A DNA stretch of 64,000 nt from Sedimentisphaerales bacterium (GCA_963663805.2 CAXXMR010000002.1:32001-96000); one strand, 5' to 3'; positions 19,444 through 30,892 are shown, numbered from the stretch's first letter. The notes: a model not told the origin generated them from the letters alone. Numbers and translations are program-made.

Positions 19444-19975
19444 TCCGGAGGGGAGAAAACTCTAAAATTTGTATCGTCAACTCAGGGTTCTAAACTTTAG
19501 CCTTGAGCAATCTTTTTTTATTATACTGTTAAATAGTTTTCCACAATCCAAAATATTAAGTTTAACGCAACCAACGGCGTTCCAACTTTTCCGGATTCCA
19601 CGCCCTTAACAGTATTGGTATCCTTACACCAGGAACTCTTACTTCCTTACCTCGCATTTCATTCTACCACATTTTTTAGTCTTTGCAAACATATTGGTAA
19701 CTAATTTTAAAAAAATGTTCACTTTTCCCCTTTACCAGCAATGACTTACGACTCTCAATGGTACGTCCAGACAGCCTTGGTACGCCTGTTAAATCCCCAT
19801 TGACACTACCACTAACATTATTATTAAATCTTATAGTCTGTGTTATAATTAATTGGTGAGTCAATTTTATGTCGTTTTTTCATCCTAGTCGTATTAACAT
19901 AACATCATGTAATTACAGCCGTTAAATTTTGGCGACTTAAATAATGAAAATAATATAGACCAATAAGGGATTTTG

Positions 19976-21022
19976 ATGTCGGAAATAAAAACGCTTTCCC
20001 CTATGGATAATCACACCAGAATAAACCTAGAGCATCTTACCGAACTCTGGAATCAGGAAAATTTGTTTGAACTGGGAGAGTGGGCCAACCAAAAATCAAC
20101 TCAGCTTCATCAGAACCAAATTTTTTTTTCTATCAACCGTCATATCAACTATACCAACTATTGTCAGTTCGCTTGTGAGTTCTGTTACTTTTGCCGCAAG
20201 CCCCATCAGTCGGATTGTCACACGATGGCTGCGGACAAAGTTGTGGAACTGGCAATCCAGGCAGCCCAGTCGGGTGCCTCCGAAGTTCATATCGTGGGAG
20301 GTGTCAACCCGGAACTGACTCTGGATTATTATCTGAATATGATTAGCGGTATCCGTCGGTCATGTCCCCAGTTATATATCAAGGCTTTTACCGCGACGGA
20401 AATTTCCGCCCTGGCCGCCCTGACTGGGCTGACTGCAGAGAGAATTCTGGGCAGATTTATCGAAGCGGGCCTCAATGCCCTGCCCGGCGGCGGTGCCGAA
20501 ATATTGGATGGTGAATATTTCAAAATCCATTGCCCCCATAAGCCCGGCCCTCAAAAATACCTACAAATCCATGCCACCGCTCATACTCTCGGTATCGATA
20601 CCAACGCCACCATGCTCTATGGGTTCGGAGAAACTTTGCAACAACGCAGCCAACACCTGCTCACTCTCCGTCGGGCCCAGGATAAGGCCCTCGAAAAAGG
20701 ACGGGGCAGGTTCCGCTGCTTTGTACCACTGCCCTACCAAAAAACCGGTCTAACGCCCCAGGCCCTCCGCGATCTGCGAACGATTGCCCTGAGTCGCTTA
20801 ACGCTGGACAACTTTGACCACATAAAAGCATTCTGGCCTATGCTGGGGCTGCCGCTGGCCCAACTGGCACTTTGTTTCGGCGCAACCGATCTGGATGGAA
20901 CCGTTGCAGAATATCAAATCGTCGATAGCCCAACCCAACATATCAGCGTCGAACAAATCGAAAAACTCATTATCGCTGCCGGCAAGACGCCTACCCTCAA
21001 AAAAACCGCCAATGCCAATTAG
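19976..21022 (+). CDS. mqnE: CofH/MqnE-family radical SAM enzyme, probably aminofutalosine synthase
   Basis: CQFACEFC, IKAFTATEI, LPGGGAEI, NATMLYG, DNFDHIKAFW. Confidence 0.75.
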   Translation: MSEIKTLSPMDNHTRINLEHLTELWNQENLFELGEWANQKSTQLHQNQIFFSINRHINYTNYCQFACEFCYFCRKPHQSDCHTMAADKVVELAIQAAQSGASEVHIVGGVNPELTLDYYLNMISGIRRSCPQLYIKAFTATEISALAALTGLTAERILGRFIEAGLNALPGGGAEILDGEYFKIHCPHKPGPQKYLQIHATAHTLGIDTNATMLYGFGETLQQRSQHLLTLRRAQDKALEKGRGRFRCFVPLPYQKTGLTPQALRDLRTIALSRLTLDNFDHIKAFWPMLGLPLAQLALCFGATDLDGTVAEYQIVDSPTQHISVEQIEKLIIAAGKTPTLKKTANAN

Positions 21023-22032
21023 AGGTGGGGTTTATGCGGATACATCAATACCGTGCGACGAAGCACCTCCTGAAAACCGCAACTCCGATAAAGCTCATAA
21101 GCATTTTCATTGCGGACATCTACAGCCAGCGTAAGGCATTCCATCCCTAACCGCCAGGCATTTGCCAAGCCTCGATTGACCAGCAACCTCCCCAAGCCAT
21201 GCCCGCGTGCTTCCGGCACCAAACCCATATAAGTTAAATCCGCGGCATTACCCTCAGCCAGAGGCGTGCACAAAACCACACCCGCCGGCCGACCATCAAC
21301 TAATAACATGTTCCAGCAGCTCGAATCAAAATCTCCAACGGATTTATGGCCGGCAATTACATCTTCCATATCACGCCGACTCGCCAGTTCTGGACAATCC
21401 AGACTATCCTGATAAGTAGAGGCAATCACATCCCGAAAAACATTATGAATCTCCGAATCGTAGCTGACCCACTCACAGCCAACGGGTATCAAAGCATTAA
21501 AACACCCCGCCGAAATCGTGCGGGCCATATACACCAAATCGGTCAATTTCTCAAAACCCGCCCGCAAACCCAGTTCATAACGACCCTGGTCATCAGGGGT
21601 CACTAACATCTGTAAAAGATTGACACCCCCAGCAAAAGCCCACTCCGTCAACTGCTTCAAAGCCTCAACAAAAGCTCCCGCCTGAGCATCATCCAGGCCC
21701 GCTCGACAAGAAGGAGACATCAAGACAAAGGCTGTGCGACCTGGGTTACAAGCGAACATACAGGCAAAAAGAATTTTCTCGTTCCGAATCGCTAATATCT
21801 GCCGGGTCAAATCATATTCATGACATTCCGCCAGCTTGCGAAATTTAGATATCTTGTCTGCCCCGCCCGGCTGGTCTTTTAGAAGAACCCGCAAAGCCTG
21901 CTCAATTTCCGCTTCGTCGGCATTTACCCGACGAATTTCGGGCAACTTACGCACCAACGCCTCAGAACGTACTTCCGCCAGCGCATCTTTCAACTTTGTG
22001 GTTCTCTTTATGTTGCATCGAAAAGGTGACAT
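21019..22032 (-). CDS. Tandem GNAT acetyltransferase
   Basis: YMGLVPEARGHGLG, LAVDVRNENAYELYRSCGF. Confidence 0.85.
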   Translation of the reverse strand: MSPFRCNIKRTTKLKDALAEVRSEALVRKLPEIRRVNADEAEIEQALRVLLKDQPGGADKISKFRKLAECHEYDLTRQILAIRNEKILFACMFACNPGRTAFVLMSPSCRAGLDDAQAGAFVEALKQLTEWAFAGGVNLLQMLVTPDDQGRYELGLRAGFEKLTDLVYMARTISAGCFNALIPVGCEWVSYDSEIHNVFRDVIASTYQDSLDCPELASRRDMEDVIAGHKSVGDFDSSCWNMLLVDGRPAGVVLCTPLAEGNAADLTYMGLVPEARGHGLGRLLVNRGLANAWRLGMECLTLAVDVRNENAYELYRSCGFQEVLRRTVLMYPHKPHL

Positions 22033-22043
22033 AATTGTAATTT

Positions 22044-23849
22044 TTACTGAGCCAGCGGGCCGGGAGATTTATCCGCCGCCTGCTGACGAAGCTGCGTTAT
22101 CTTTTCCATAACCCGCTTATGAATTTCGGGATACTCTATCTCCAGGCGAGCCATAAACTGACCCTTAACATAAGGATCGACGGCATCATCGCCCAGAAAT
22201 TCCATCATGGCCAGCCAACGCATCTCGGCGAAATCCGGCAGACTGGTACGGTCACCCTCGACATCATCAAATTCCTCATTGAATTTTTTATGTACCAGGC
22301 GAGCGAACTCCTCACGTATACGCGAATTCTGAATATCACCTACGGCATAACGCCAGAAACTGTCCCGCAAACCGGACTTAATGAAATTACTTGCCTGTTT
22401 CGGCGTAATACTGGCAATTTCTTCACGCAGATAACCCTGCACAAACTTCTCGATGGGAACCTGAAATTCCGGATTCTCCGGCTCGCGACTCCGCAAATCA
22501 TTATAATAGTTCCGGGCCATCTTCTCATGGCCGGCTAGAAATAAATCCACCACCCCATTACGTCCCAGGTTCATCGACCCTACCTGAAAACCACCCGGCA
22601 CTCTCTCGTCGGTCCCTTCATATGAAGAAATCAAATCCTTCGTCGCCTGATACGCCACCGGAAACATCGTCAAATCCTGACTCACAAACGCTCGCAAGCC
22701 TACCTGGTCCGGCCGACGCAATATCTCCTGACCCTCCTCACGCTCAGTCGCTACCGGCGGCGGGGCACTCTGATAGATATTCAACTGGCCATAATGAAAA
22801 AAGTTCTGGAGATTATGATAAAGGTTTCGTTCCAAGCGAGTTGGGTGGTAATTTTTCTTTACTTCAACGGCCTTTATGCCAACATAAGCCCAGTACAACG
22901 CATGGGCGTAAGGCAAACGCCAGTCGATGTTCCCCCGCGTCATGCCGTCCCGCAAATCAACCGGGCCGTACTTGTTATTTATCTCGATCATCGTGTTCGG
23001 ATCCATCTTCCAGGTGTCCCGCAATTGACCGGACCGAACATAAAACTCCAGCTTGCGAACCGCGAGATTAGCAGCATTGCCCAAAATTTCCAATACCTCG
23101 GGGACACACCCTTTCAGCCCCTGCTCCGCCACACCTTTAAGCATATCTTTATCGTTGTCAAACTTCGGCTCAATCTCAACCAGCTTGTCAGCCAAGGCCG
23201 CCAAATCCAGATTCTTGCTGCGATACTTATCCCAGCTCCGATCCACCCCCGCCAAGGCTGCCAGCTCTTCGTTCGTACCGTTACCCACTCCCAGGATCGG
23301 CATCATTTCCGTCGCCAAACGCAGCTTGTAATAATAATGGGCATCATCGGAAATCGCGCCCATCTTATGCTGAAATATCATTACCAACGAATGATATATT
23401 TTTTCGTTACCCGGATTGTATTTCAAACCCTCGTCCCGCAGCAGTTCAAAGCCCGCCCGCACCCAGTTCCAGCGTTCCGGGAAAGTCGGCATCGCCACCG
23501 AAATATTATACGCCATATTCCACGCCTGAAAATCCCAGACACTCGCCAGGTTCGGCTGTAAAGCGCAAATCAAGCGTGACAAATGCAAAGCGTCAAAATA
23601 CTGACCGTCATTCTTGAGATTATCCGCCCGTATCCACAGGTAGTCCAGAATCAGACTGCGAAAAGTGAACATTGCCACCGTCGGTATCCGCAGTTCGCCG
23701 GCAATCTCCGAACCCTTCAGCGGTTCTTCATAATCCAGACCCAACTCACGACGCACACTATCCAAAGGAGAAAGCCTGCTCGCCGCCAATGCCAAAAGCA
23801 CCAGCGCTAGCAATATTAAAACCAATGTTATGAACCGGTTATTCTTCAT
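22044..23849 (-). CDS. Conserved PVC-type membrane-anchored helical protein associated with the ABC system
   Basis: N-terminal TM; LWIRADNLK..LQP..VWDFQAWNMAYNISV..ERWNWV..G..LL motif; operonic with the permease. Confidence 0.6.
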   Translation of the reverse strand: MKNNRFITLVLILLALVLLALAASRLSPLDSVRRELGLDYEEPLKGSEIAGELRIPTVAMFTFRSLILDYLWIRADNLKNDGQYFDALHLSRLICALQPNLASVWDFQAWNMAYNISVAMPTFPERWNWVRAGFELLRDEGLKYNPGNEKIYHSLVMIFQHKMGAISDDAHYYYKLRLATEMMPILGVGNGTNEELAALAGVDRSWDKYRSKNLDLAALADKLVEIEPKFDNDKDMLKGVAEQGLKGCVPEVLEILGNAANLAVRKLEFYVRSGQLRDTWKMDPNTMIEINNKYGPVDLRDGMTRGNIDWRLPYAHALYWAYVGIKAVEVKKNYHPTRLERNLYHNLQNFFHYGQLNIYQSAPPPVATEREEGQEILRRPDQVGLRAFVSQDLTMFPVAYQATKDLISSYEGTDERVPGGFQVGSMNLGRNGVVDLFLAGHEKMARNYYNDLRSREPENPEFQVPIEKFVQGYLREEIASITPKQASNFIKSGLRDSFWRYAVGDIQNSRIREEFARLVHKKFNEEFDDVEGDRTSLPDFAEMRWLAMMEFLGDDAVDPYVKGQFMARLEIEYPEIHKRVMEKITQLRQQAADKSPGPLAQ

Positions 23850-23881
23850 TTATTGTTTATCACCATCTCGTGGAAAAATCC

Positions 23882-25261
23882 CTAAACGATAACCCGCGCC
23901 AGCTCCCGGAACTTGAATATCAAATAACCAAACAGCGAAACCAGACCGCCCTTGACTATTACCATAAAAAGAAACGCCTGGTAAAGCATCTCCGCCGATA
24001 CCAAACGCCCTTTTTGAATATTATCTACCGGGTCGTAAGCCGCGAAGTCCGGCATCAGCCACAGTAAGGTACGTGTTATCTGAGTATGAACCACCGCCTC
24101 GGACCAGTCCAGCGACTCCAGAATAAATCCGCTCGACACTCCCATCAAAAACACCACCATCGTAAACAGCACCGCCACCGGGAAACTCAGCCACGCCGCC
24201 ATCGCCAGACTGAACATCCCCAAAAATAACAATCGCATATATATCGCGACCAAAGTTCGCAGAAAATTACCCGTGAAACCGCCGTAAACATACAACGCCT
24301 CAATGCCTGTCCCCGGAGGATATATCACAATTGTCGGGGCATTGACCGTCGGATTATTATACGTCACATAAAGTTCACCATCGGCGCTGACAGCGTCGTC
24401 AATCGGCACCGGAAATTCATGCACCGTGCGAATGGTATCACGACGAGGCTCCATAAGCGTACCGCCGGCCTGTAACGGGTCTTTCGGGCCATAAGCCCAC
24501 TGACTGAACGTAGCTTCACCCACCGGCGAATTCGAGACATCCTGTTTATAACGGATATAAACATTCCCCGTCCGGTCGCGAGGCACAATATCCTTAAAAT
24601 GAAAAGTCAGATACCCACCCGGTAAAGCCGAACGACGCCAGTGTATTTCCTGCTTATAATATTCCATCCACATGGCCTGACGCATCGCTTCCATTTGCAT
24701 TGGGTCAGTCATTTTTGCTTCACGCACCCGGCGGTCAAAATTATCTTCCACTCGCTTGGCGACATCCGCGTGAACATCCGGCAGCTCCGGCTGAACACTG
24801 CGTCGAGCCACAAACACCAGCTCTGCCAGCCGACCACGTTCATCATCGTTAGTCGGCTCGGTCCGCTCCATTATCCGGCAGCACAAATATATCGACCCGC
24901 CAATTACCACCAGCAGAATTAAATTGATAAGCGACATACCCAGGAATTTCCCCGCCAGATACCCGCCCCGGCTTATCTCTTTGGTCGCGACCATGAAAAT
25001 CTGCTTGCGTTTCAGGTCACGAGTCGTCGTCGCAATCGCCACAAAAATCGTCATCAAAGACAAAATCCCCGCCGTAAAACTCAAACTGTAGCTCAAAAAA
25101 GTCTGAACCTTCTCATCCGCCCGGCCGGTACTCTGATGCAGCCAGTAAGTAAAGCCAAACGTCAAAAACGCCGCCACCACACCCGTAAATATCATCAGGG
25201 CCTTCATTCGGAAGAACTCCTGAATCAAATTCCGCGCTACCGCCAGCGACTGTCTCATCAC
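23882..25261 (-). CDS. ABC-2 type transporter permease
   Basis: TM bundle at both ends; TKEISRGGYLAGKFLG; downstream of ABC ATPase. Confidence 0.8.
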   Translation of the reverse strand: MMRQSLAVARNLIQEFFRMKALMIFTGVVAAFLTFGFTYWLHQSTGRADEKVQTFLSYSLSFTAGILSLMTIFVAIATTTRDLKRKQIFMVATKEISRGGYLAGKFLGMSLINLILLVVIGGSIYLCCRIMERTEPTNDDERGRLAELVFVARRSVQPELPDVHADVAKRVEDNFDRRVREAKMTDPMQMEAMRQAMWMEYYKQEIHWRRSALPGGYLTFHFKDIVPRDRTGNVYIRYKQDVSNSPVGEATFSQWAYGPKDPLQAGGTLMEPRRDTIRTVHEFPVPIDDAVSADGELYVTYNNPTVNAPTIVIYPPGTGIEALYVYGGFTGNFLRTLVAIYMRLLFLGMFSLAMAAWLSFPVAVLFTMVVFLMGVSSGFILESLDWSEAVVHTQITRTLLWLMPDFAAYDPVDNIQKGRLVSAEMLYQAFLFMVIVKGGLVSLFGYLIFKFRELARVIV

Positions 25262-25280
25262 AATCCTTTCAACAACCTAA

Positions 25281-26528
25281 TCACGATGCAGAATTATCGG
25301 AATTCTCACCTTCCGGTCCAGCCTGTTTCTGATCCTTTTTACCCGTCAACGAATCCAGCAAAGACTTGTTAATCTCTCGTCCACCTTCTGTCTCAACTTT
25401 GGTCGGCTCAACCCGCTCAATCTTGGTGGTTAGCTCTTCGTCCTTTTTCTCTGCCGTCAAAGATTCTATCAGTTCCGTCTTGACGGTCTTAGTTGGTTTT
25501 TTCGGCTCAACCTTCGTCGCCTTTTCAGTCTTGAACTTTTCTTCCCGACCGCTGACCAGTTTCTCCAGCAGCACTTCACCCCGGTCAGTTTCTTCTTCCT
25601 TTTCACTACCCAGAAAATCGCTTATCTTGCCGCCCATTTTCGCGCCCGAAGTAGCCGTCGCCGAAGCCTGAGCCTGAGTCACAATCTCCAGAAAATAATC
25701 TTCCAGCCGGTCGCGAGGAATCGAAACCTCAAATTCACCTTCCGGCAGCTCCGCCCGAATAATATTTTTTATATTCTCAATCGCACTTTCGCTCAGCCGG
25801 GCTGTACGGATCTCGGTCATATCCTGATGAGCCAGCAATTCATCCACCCGCCCCTCCGACTGAATCTTACCGCCGTACAGAATACTTATTCTATCGCAGA
25901 CATCCTCTACATCCGCCAGCAAATGACTGCACAGCAGAACCGTCTTGCCGCGTTTGCCTAACTGTATTATCAAATCTTTTATCTGCCGCGTACCAATCGG
26001 GTCCAGCCCGCTGGTCGGCTCATCCAGAATCAGCAGGTCCGGGTCATTTATCAATGCCTGGGCCAGCCCAATACGCCGCATCATCCCCTTGGAAAACTCA
26101 CCCAGAGGACGCTTGCCCACCCCGGCCAGACCAACCATCTCCAAAAGACTATCCGTACGAACTTTTCGTTCGGCACCACTTAAACCAAACAGCTTGCCGT
26201 AAAAATCCAGCGTCTCGCGCGCGTTCAAAAAAGGATACAAATGCGATTCTTCCGGCAGATAACCGATATGACGATTTATCTTGATGTCGCCCGGATCGCC
26301 GCCCAATACCTTTGCCCAACCCCGCGACGGAAACAGCAAACCCAGCAGCATCTTAATCGTCGTACTTTTACCAGAACCATTAGGTCCCAATAGACCAAAA
26401 ACTTCCTTACGTTTCACCTCCAGGTCCAGCGTGTCAACCGCCAGAACCTTCTGATGTCCCCAGAAATCCCGAAAAACCTTCGTCAGGCCCGCTGTCTGTA
26501 TCGCCAAATTGTCAGCATGTTCCGCCAT
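25281..26528 (-). CDS. ABC transporter ATP-binding protein with charged C-terminal tail
   Basis: GPNGSGKST, FSKGM, LILDEPTSGLD, SH. Confidence 0.95.
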   Translation of the reverse strand: MAEHADNLAIQTAGLTKVFRDFWGHQKVLAVDTLDLEVKRKEVFGLLGPNGSGKSTTIKMLLGLLFPSRGWAKVLGGDPGDIKINRHIGYLPEESHLYPFLNARETLDFYGKLFGLSGAERKVRTDSLLEMVGLAGVGKRPLGEFSKGMMRRIGLAQALINDPDLLILDEPTSGLDPIGTRQIKDLIIQLGKRGKTVLLCSHLLADVEDVCDRISILYGGKIQSEGRVDELLAHQDMTEIRTARLSESAIENIKNIIRAELPEGEFEVSIPRDRLEDYFLEIVTQAQASATATSGAKMGGKISDFLGSEKEEETDRGEVLLEKLVSGREEKFKTEKATKVEPKKPTKTVKTELIESLTAEKKDEELTTKIERVEPTKVETEGGREINKSLLDSLTGKKDQKQAGPEGENSDNSAS

Positions 26529-26559
26529 GGCTATTTACCGCCTCTGAAATTTCATATAA

Positions 26560-28563
26560 TCATACTACCGGGGCCGCCGCTGCGTCAGGACCGGTCGATT
26601 CCGTAACCGTACGCTCCCGCTCCTGTTCCGCCGCAATACTTGCCGCGTGGTCCGCCTGGTCTTCACCAAAACGCACCAGCCGGGCACTGTTAAATACAAC
26701 AAACAAGGACACGCATAAGTGAAGTATCACTGCCAGCACCGGATTTATCCAGCCCAGCACAGTAAAGATTCCACCTATCACCAAAAACGACATTCCAAAA
26801 AACAGGTTCTGTATCACTACCTGCCGAGTCACCCGCGACAAACGCACCAGGAAAGCAACCCGACGCAAATCATTGTTCATTAGAGCAATCGATGCACTGT
26901 TAATCGCTACATCACTACCGGCCGCCCCCATCGCTACACCCAAATCACCCGCCGCCAAAGCCGGTGCATCATTAACACCGTCACCAACAACAGCGACCAG
27001 ATGACCATCACTTTGCAAATCATGCACCAGGTGCAGCTTCTCATGCGGCAGACATTCAGCCTTTACTTCACCGCAACCCATCTCCGCCGCAACCCGCTTG
27101 GCAACCGCCAGCCGGTCACCAGTTACCATGACCAGACGCTTCATGCCCAAATCCGCCAGCTCCTCAATCGCCAGACGAGCTTCCGGACGCGTCCGGTCTT
27201 CCATACCCACCCAACCGATACATTTATTCTCAGACGCCACATATAAAAGACTCACGCCTTCCGGGGCCGCCATATCTTCCGTATTCGTCGCCGACATATC
27301 AACGCCCTGCTCAGCCAGCCAGGTCTCCCGACCAACCAGAACGGCCTTGCCGTTGATGTTAGCCTTGACACCGCGACCGGAAATCTCCTCAAAATTCTCC
27401 GGCTTGACCAGTTTCAGATTCGCCTGCTTAGCAACTTCCACCAAGGCATGCGCCGCGGGGTGTTTACTGAACTGCTCGGCACCTGCCGCCGCCGAAAGCA
27501 TCTCGGCAGGGTCAACACCTGCCGCCGGAGTCAGCTTCGTTACCGCCAGTTTACCGGTGGTCAGCGTCCCTGTTTTATCAAATACAATTGCCGTCAGCTT
27601 GCCCGCCGATTCCAAATCCTGAACATTCTTAACCAGAATACCCAACCGCGCCGCACAACTCAACGCCGCCACCATCGCCGTCGGGGTCGCTAGCACCAAA
27701 GCACACGGACACGACACAACCAGTAACGCGATAGTACGTTCGATATTCGTAAACGCCATCACAATCGCCGCCACCATCAGAATTGTCGGCAAATACCAAT
27801 GCATATATTTTTCGATAATACGCATAATCGGAATCTTCGTCGACTCCGCCTGCATAATCAAAGACTGCACCCGCCCCAGCGTCGTATCACTGCCGGCGGT
27901 AGCCACCTCAATATCCAGAACACCCGTCAGGTTCGTCGTACCGGCAAAAACCGTATCGCCTGCCGACTTGTCCGCCGGAATCGATTCACCGGTAATCGTC
28001 GCCTCATTAACCGTCGAGTCACCCACCGCGACCTTACCGTCAGCGGGAAGATTATCACCAGGCCGTACCCGCACCAAATCGCCCGGCTTCAACTGACTTA
28101 CCTCAACTTCACGCTCCGAACCATCCTTACTCAACAAATGGGCCTGTGTCGGCGTCATCTTTATCAGAGACTCAATGGAAGCTCGAGCCCCCAACGCCGT
28201 CCGCGTCTCCACCAGCTCCGAAATCAGCATAAAGAACGCCACCGTCCCCGCCACCCGGTATTCACCTATCGCGAACGCCGCCACAATCGCCAACGCCACC
28301 AGCTCATCCATATGCGAATGACCCAGCAACAGCGCCTTCACCGCGTGAATCACCACCGGAGCAGCCAAAAGCACCGAGCCTATCATCGCCATCAAATCCG
28401 CATAGTCCGGCGTATCCGGATATATGTAGCCCACGATGATACTGTTTATCAGCAGCACCCCGCCCATCAGCGTGCCCAGCAGACTCAAACTGACCTTCGA
28501 ACTCTTGGACTCCGCTGAGTCCATTTCGTGTCCCGATATATTATGAATACTATGTCCAGCCAT
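26560..28563 (-). CDS. P1B-type heavy-metal-translocating ATPase
   Basis: TGES, SCPCAL, DKTGTLT, HP, GDGVNDAPAL; no CxxC N-terminal metal-binding domain. Confidence 0.95.
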   Translation of the reverse strand: MAGHSIHNISGHEMDSAESKSSKVSLSLLGTLMGGVLLINSIIVGYIYPDTPDYADLMAMIGSVLLAAPVVIHAVKALLLGHSHMDELVALAIVAAFAIGEYRVAGTVAFFMLISELVETRTALGARASIESLIKMTPTQAHLLSKDGSEREVEVSQLKPGDLVRVRPGDNLPADGKVAVGDSTVNEATITGESIPADKSAGDTVFAGTTNLTGVLDIEVATAGSDTTLGRVQSLIMQAESTKIPIMRIIEKYMHWYLPTILMVAAIVMAFTNIERTIALLVVSCPCALVLATPTAMVAALSCAARLGILVKNVQDLESAGKLTAIVFDKTGTLTTGKLAVTKLTPAAGVDPAEMLSAAAGAEQFSKHPAAHALVEVAKQANLKLVKPENFEEISGRGVKANINGKAVLVGRETWLAEQGVDMSATNTEDMAAPEGVSLLYVASENKCIGWVGMEDRTRPEARLAIEELADLGMKRLVMVTGDRLAVAKRVAAEMGCGEVKAECLPHEKLHLVHDLQSDGHLVAVVGDGVNDAPALAAGDLGVAMGAAGSDVAINSASIALMNNDLRRVAFLVRLSRVTRQVVIQNLFFGMSFLVIGGIFTVLGWINPVLAVILHLCVSLFVVFNSARLVRFGEDQADHAASIAAEQERERTVTESTGPDAAAAPVV

Positions 28564-28606
28564 TATATACTTTCCTGATTAACGTTTCGTCAACACCCGC
28601 AACGCG

Positions 28607-29887
28607 TTAATTTCTCTTTGCCTTTGCCTTAGCCTTACGCTTTTGAATCATGGGGTCGCGATTCAGCATCGGGCGCCATTCCATCTTCGCCCCATCGGTA
28701 CTGCTCACCACAAAAACTTCCTGAGCATTCCCCATCACCGTCCGCAGCATTTCCTGATACTGCTGGTCGATCGTCTGGGCCAAAAGTTCCGTGCGATACT
28801 GCTTAACCTTGGCTGTCCGTTCCGGTGCGTCTTTGGCCACCGCTTCCTCAGCCGAAGCATCTACCTTATCCAGAATCGCCCGCAGATAATTCGCTTCCGC
28901 CCGGGCCGACTCGGTTACCTTAGTACGATACGCCTCGGCTTCAGCCACGATAATCTCCGCTTGCGAATATGCTTCGCTGCGCAGTTCAGCCTGACGGCCC
29001 TTGGCTTCATCCACCAGCCGGTCCTTTTCCTGACGAGCACCGTTGGCACGGTCAAACGAATCCTGAACCTGACGCGGCGTAGCCTTCTCCACAAAAACCA
29101 GTGTCGTACTCAAACCCAAATCCAGTTCCGCCAGACGCGTCGTCATGCGAATCTGAACATCTTCACGAAAAATCCGGTCTTCCGCCCAGATTATCTTTTC
29201 AATGTCACTGTTGGCACTGGCAACCACCACCGCGTCCGACAAAACATTTGCCAGCAGTTCCTCAACTGCCCGCCAGCCGTCGTCGGTGCCGTCCCAGATA
29301 CTCTCGAAAAACGCCACCGGGTCATCAACCGAATAATTGATACGCCAACGCGTATGCACAACATTATAATCCGTGACCGCCTCGTCAGCACCCTTGCCTT
29401 CGGCGAACGACAAATCAGTAGCGCTCTGCGAAGCCGTCAAAGTATAACGGTCTTGCAAAAACTGCAACGTCGGTGAGGGCCTCATATTCTGAACACCCGC
29501 CTTTTCCTTCTCGGTCATGAAATACCAAAAATCAACATCCAGCTCCCGCTGAGCCGTGCTGACCTTGATTATCTCATCTATCGGAGCGGGCCATTTAATA
29601 TGCAAACCCGGCTCCTTGATCGCCGTTACCTCGCCGCCCAACCGCTGACCAAAACGCAACACAATAGCGTTCTCATTCTGCTCAACCGTATAAACACTAC
29701 GCCAGTAAGCAAACAAAATTACCACTATTACCATTATCACTTTCAGTAGCCGAAACAGCCACTTCAACGCCTGGCTCAAGGCCTGATTACCAGGATCCAG
29801 AAGCAGCTCGTCCTGGCCGTCATCGTGAACATCATGATGATGGTGATGGTGATGGTCATGGCCGTGATGATGATCTATCGGACTCAT
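28607..29887 (-). CDS. HflK-like SPFH protein with His-rich N-terminus
   Basis: HHHGHDHHHHHHHDVH; VEQNENAIVLRFG..EPGLHIKWP; AEAEAYR coiled coil. Confidence 0.85.
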   Translation of the reverse strand: MSPIDHHHGHDHHHHHHHDVHDDGQDELLLDPGNQALSQALKWLFRLLKVIMVIVVILFAYWRSVYTVEQNENAIVLRFGQRLGGEVTAIKEPGLHIKWPAPIDEIIKVSTAQRELDVDFWYFMTEKEKAGVQNMRPSPTLQFLQDRYTLTASQSATDLSFAEGKGADEAVTDYNVVHTRWRINYSVDDPVAFFESIWDGTDDGWRAVEELLANVLSDAVVVASANSDIEKIIWAEDRIFREDVQIRMTTRLAELDLGLSTTLVFVEKATPRQVQDSFDRANGARQEKDRLVDEAKGRQAELRSEAYSQAEIIVAEAEAYRTKVTESARAEANYLRAILDKVDASAEEAVAKDAPERTAKVKQYRTELLAQTIDQQYQEMLRTVMGNAQEVFVVSSTDGAKMEWRPMLNRDPMIQKRKAKAKAKRN

Positions 29888-29947
29888 ATGCAATCTCCAA
29901 AAACCGCGTCCCCCAAACCGCCGCTTATACTATTATTACCACTTAAT

Positions 29948-30892
29948 CTATTTCGTCGCCAAAGGACCATACTCAGGACCACTGCTCAGCAGATTATACG
30001 CCGGCGAATCACTGTCTATCACAATTGTCGTACGGTCATTCAAAGTAGTACGCAGTGTGTCCAGACGACGCAGGAAGTTCGCCAGCTCCGGCTCATCCAC
30101 AAACTTGGCGTAATGCTGGGCCGCTTCAGCGTCACCCTGTCCCTTAATTGAACGGGCCTTGGCTTCAGCGTCCGCCATAATCCGAGTCTTGGCAGCTTCA
30201 GCCTTGCCGCGAATACTCTCGGCTTCAGCCTTGCCTTCAGCCAGCAGGCGATTCGTCTCAGCGTTACGCTCTTCTTTCATACGAGCGAACACCGCACTGC
30301 TCACGCTGTCCGGCACACCCAAACGCGAAATACCCATATCGACTATCTCGATACCGGAACCCGCCGCCTTTTCCCGAACCCGCGCCAGCATCCCACCCGC
30401 GCTGCCATCCTTGCCCGTCTCGACTTCCAACAAACGAAACTGCTCAGGATTAAGCGTTACCAGCTCGCCCAGACGATACTCAGCGAAAACATTATGGGCT
30501 TCCGAAACCCAGCCGCCCAGAATAGATTCGGCGTGAGCGATAACATCAGCTTCCGTAAACGACGAGTCTTTCAAAAACGTCGTATAAAACTGACGCACAT
30601 CGACAATCCGCCAGTTTACATAAGCCTGAGCGATAATCGTCTGCTTATCACGAGTCTGAATCTGCGTAGCCTTGGGCTCATAGGTCTTGATGCGACCGTC
30701 AAAGGTAACTACCTTCTGAATCGGATAAGGCCATTTCCATTTCAGACCCGGCTCAACTTCTACCCGGCTTATCTTGCCCAGCGTAACTACCAACGCTTGT
30801 TCTTTCCAACGCAGTGTAAAAGCCACCGAATAAAGAACCAGCACCGCAACCACCGCCATACTGACAATTATGCCTGTCAAATGTTTCTTCAC
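29948..30892 (-). CDS. hflC: HflC-like SPFH protein
   Basis: EPGLKWKWP, TRDKQTII, VFARMKEER, GQGDAEAA. Confidence 0.8.
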   Translation of the reverse strand: MKKHLTGIIVSMAVVAVLVLYSVAFTLRWKEQALVVTLGKISRVEVEPGLKWKWPYPIQKVVTFDGRIKTYEPKATQIQTRDKQTIIAQAYVNWRIVDVRQFYTTFLKDSSFTEADVIAHAESILGGWVSEAHNVFAEYRLGELVTLNPEQFRLLEVETGKDGSAGGMLARVREKAAGSGIEIVDMGISRLGVPDSVSSAVFARMKEERNAETNRLLAEGKAEAESIRGKAEAAKTRIMADAEAKARSIKGQGDAEAAQHYAKFVDEPELANFLRRLDTLRTTLNDRTTIVIDSDSPAYNLLSSGPEYGPLATK

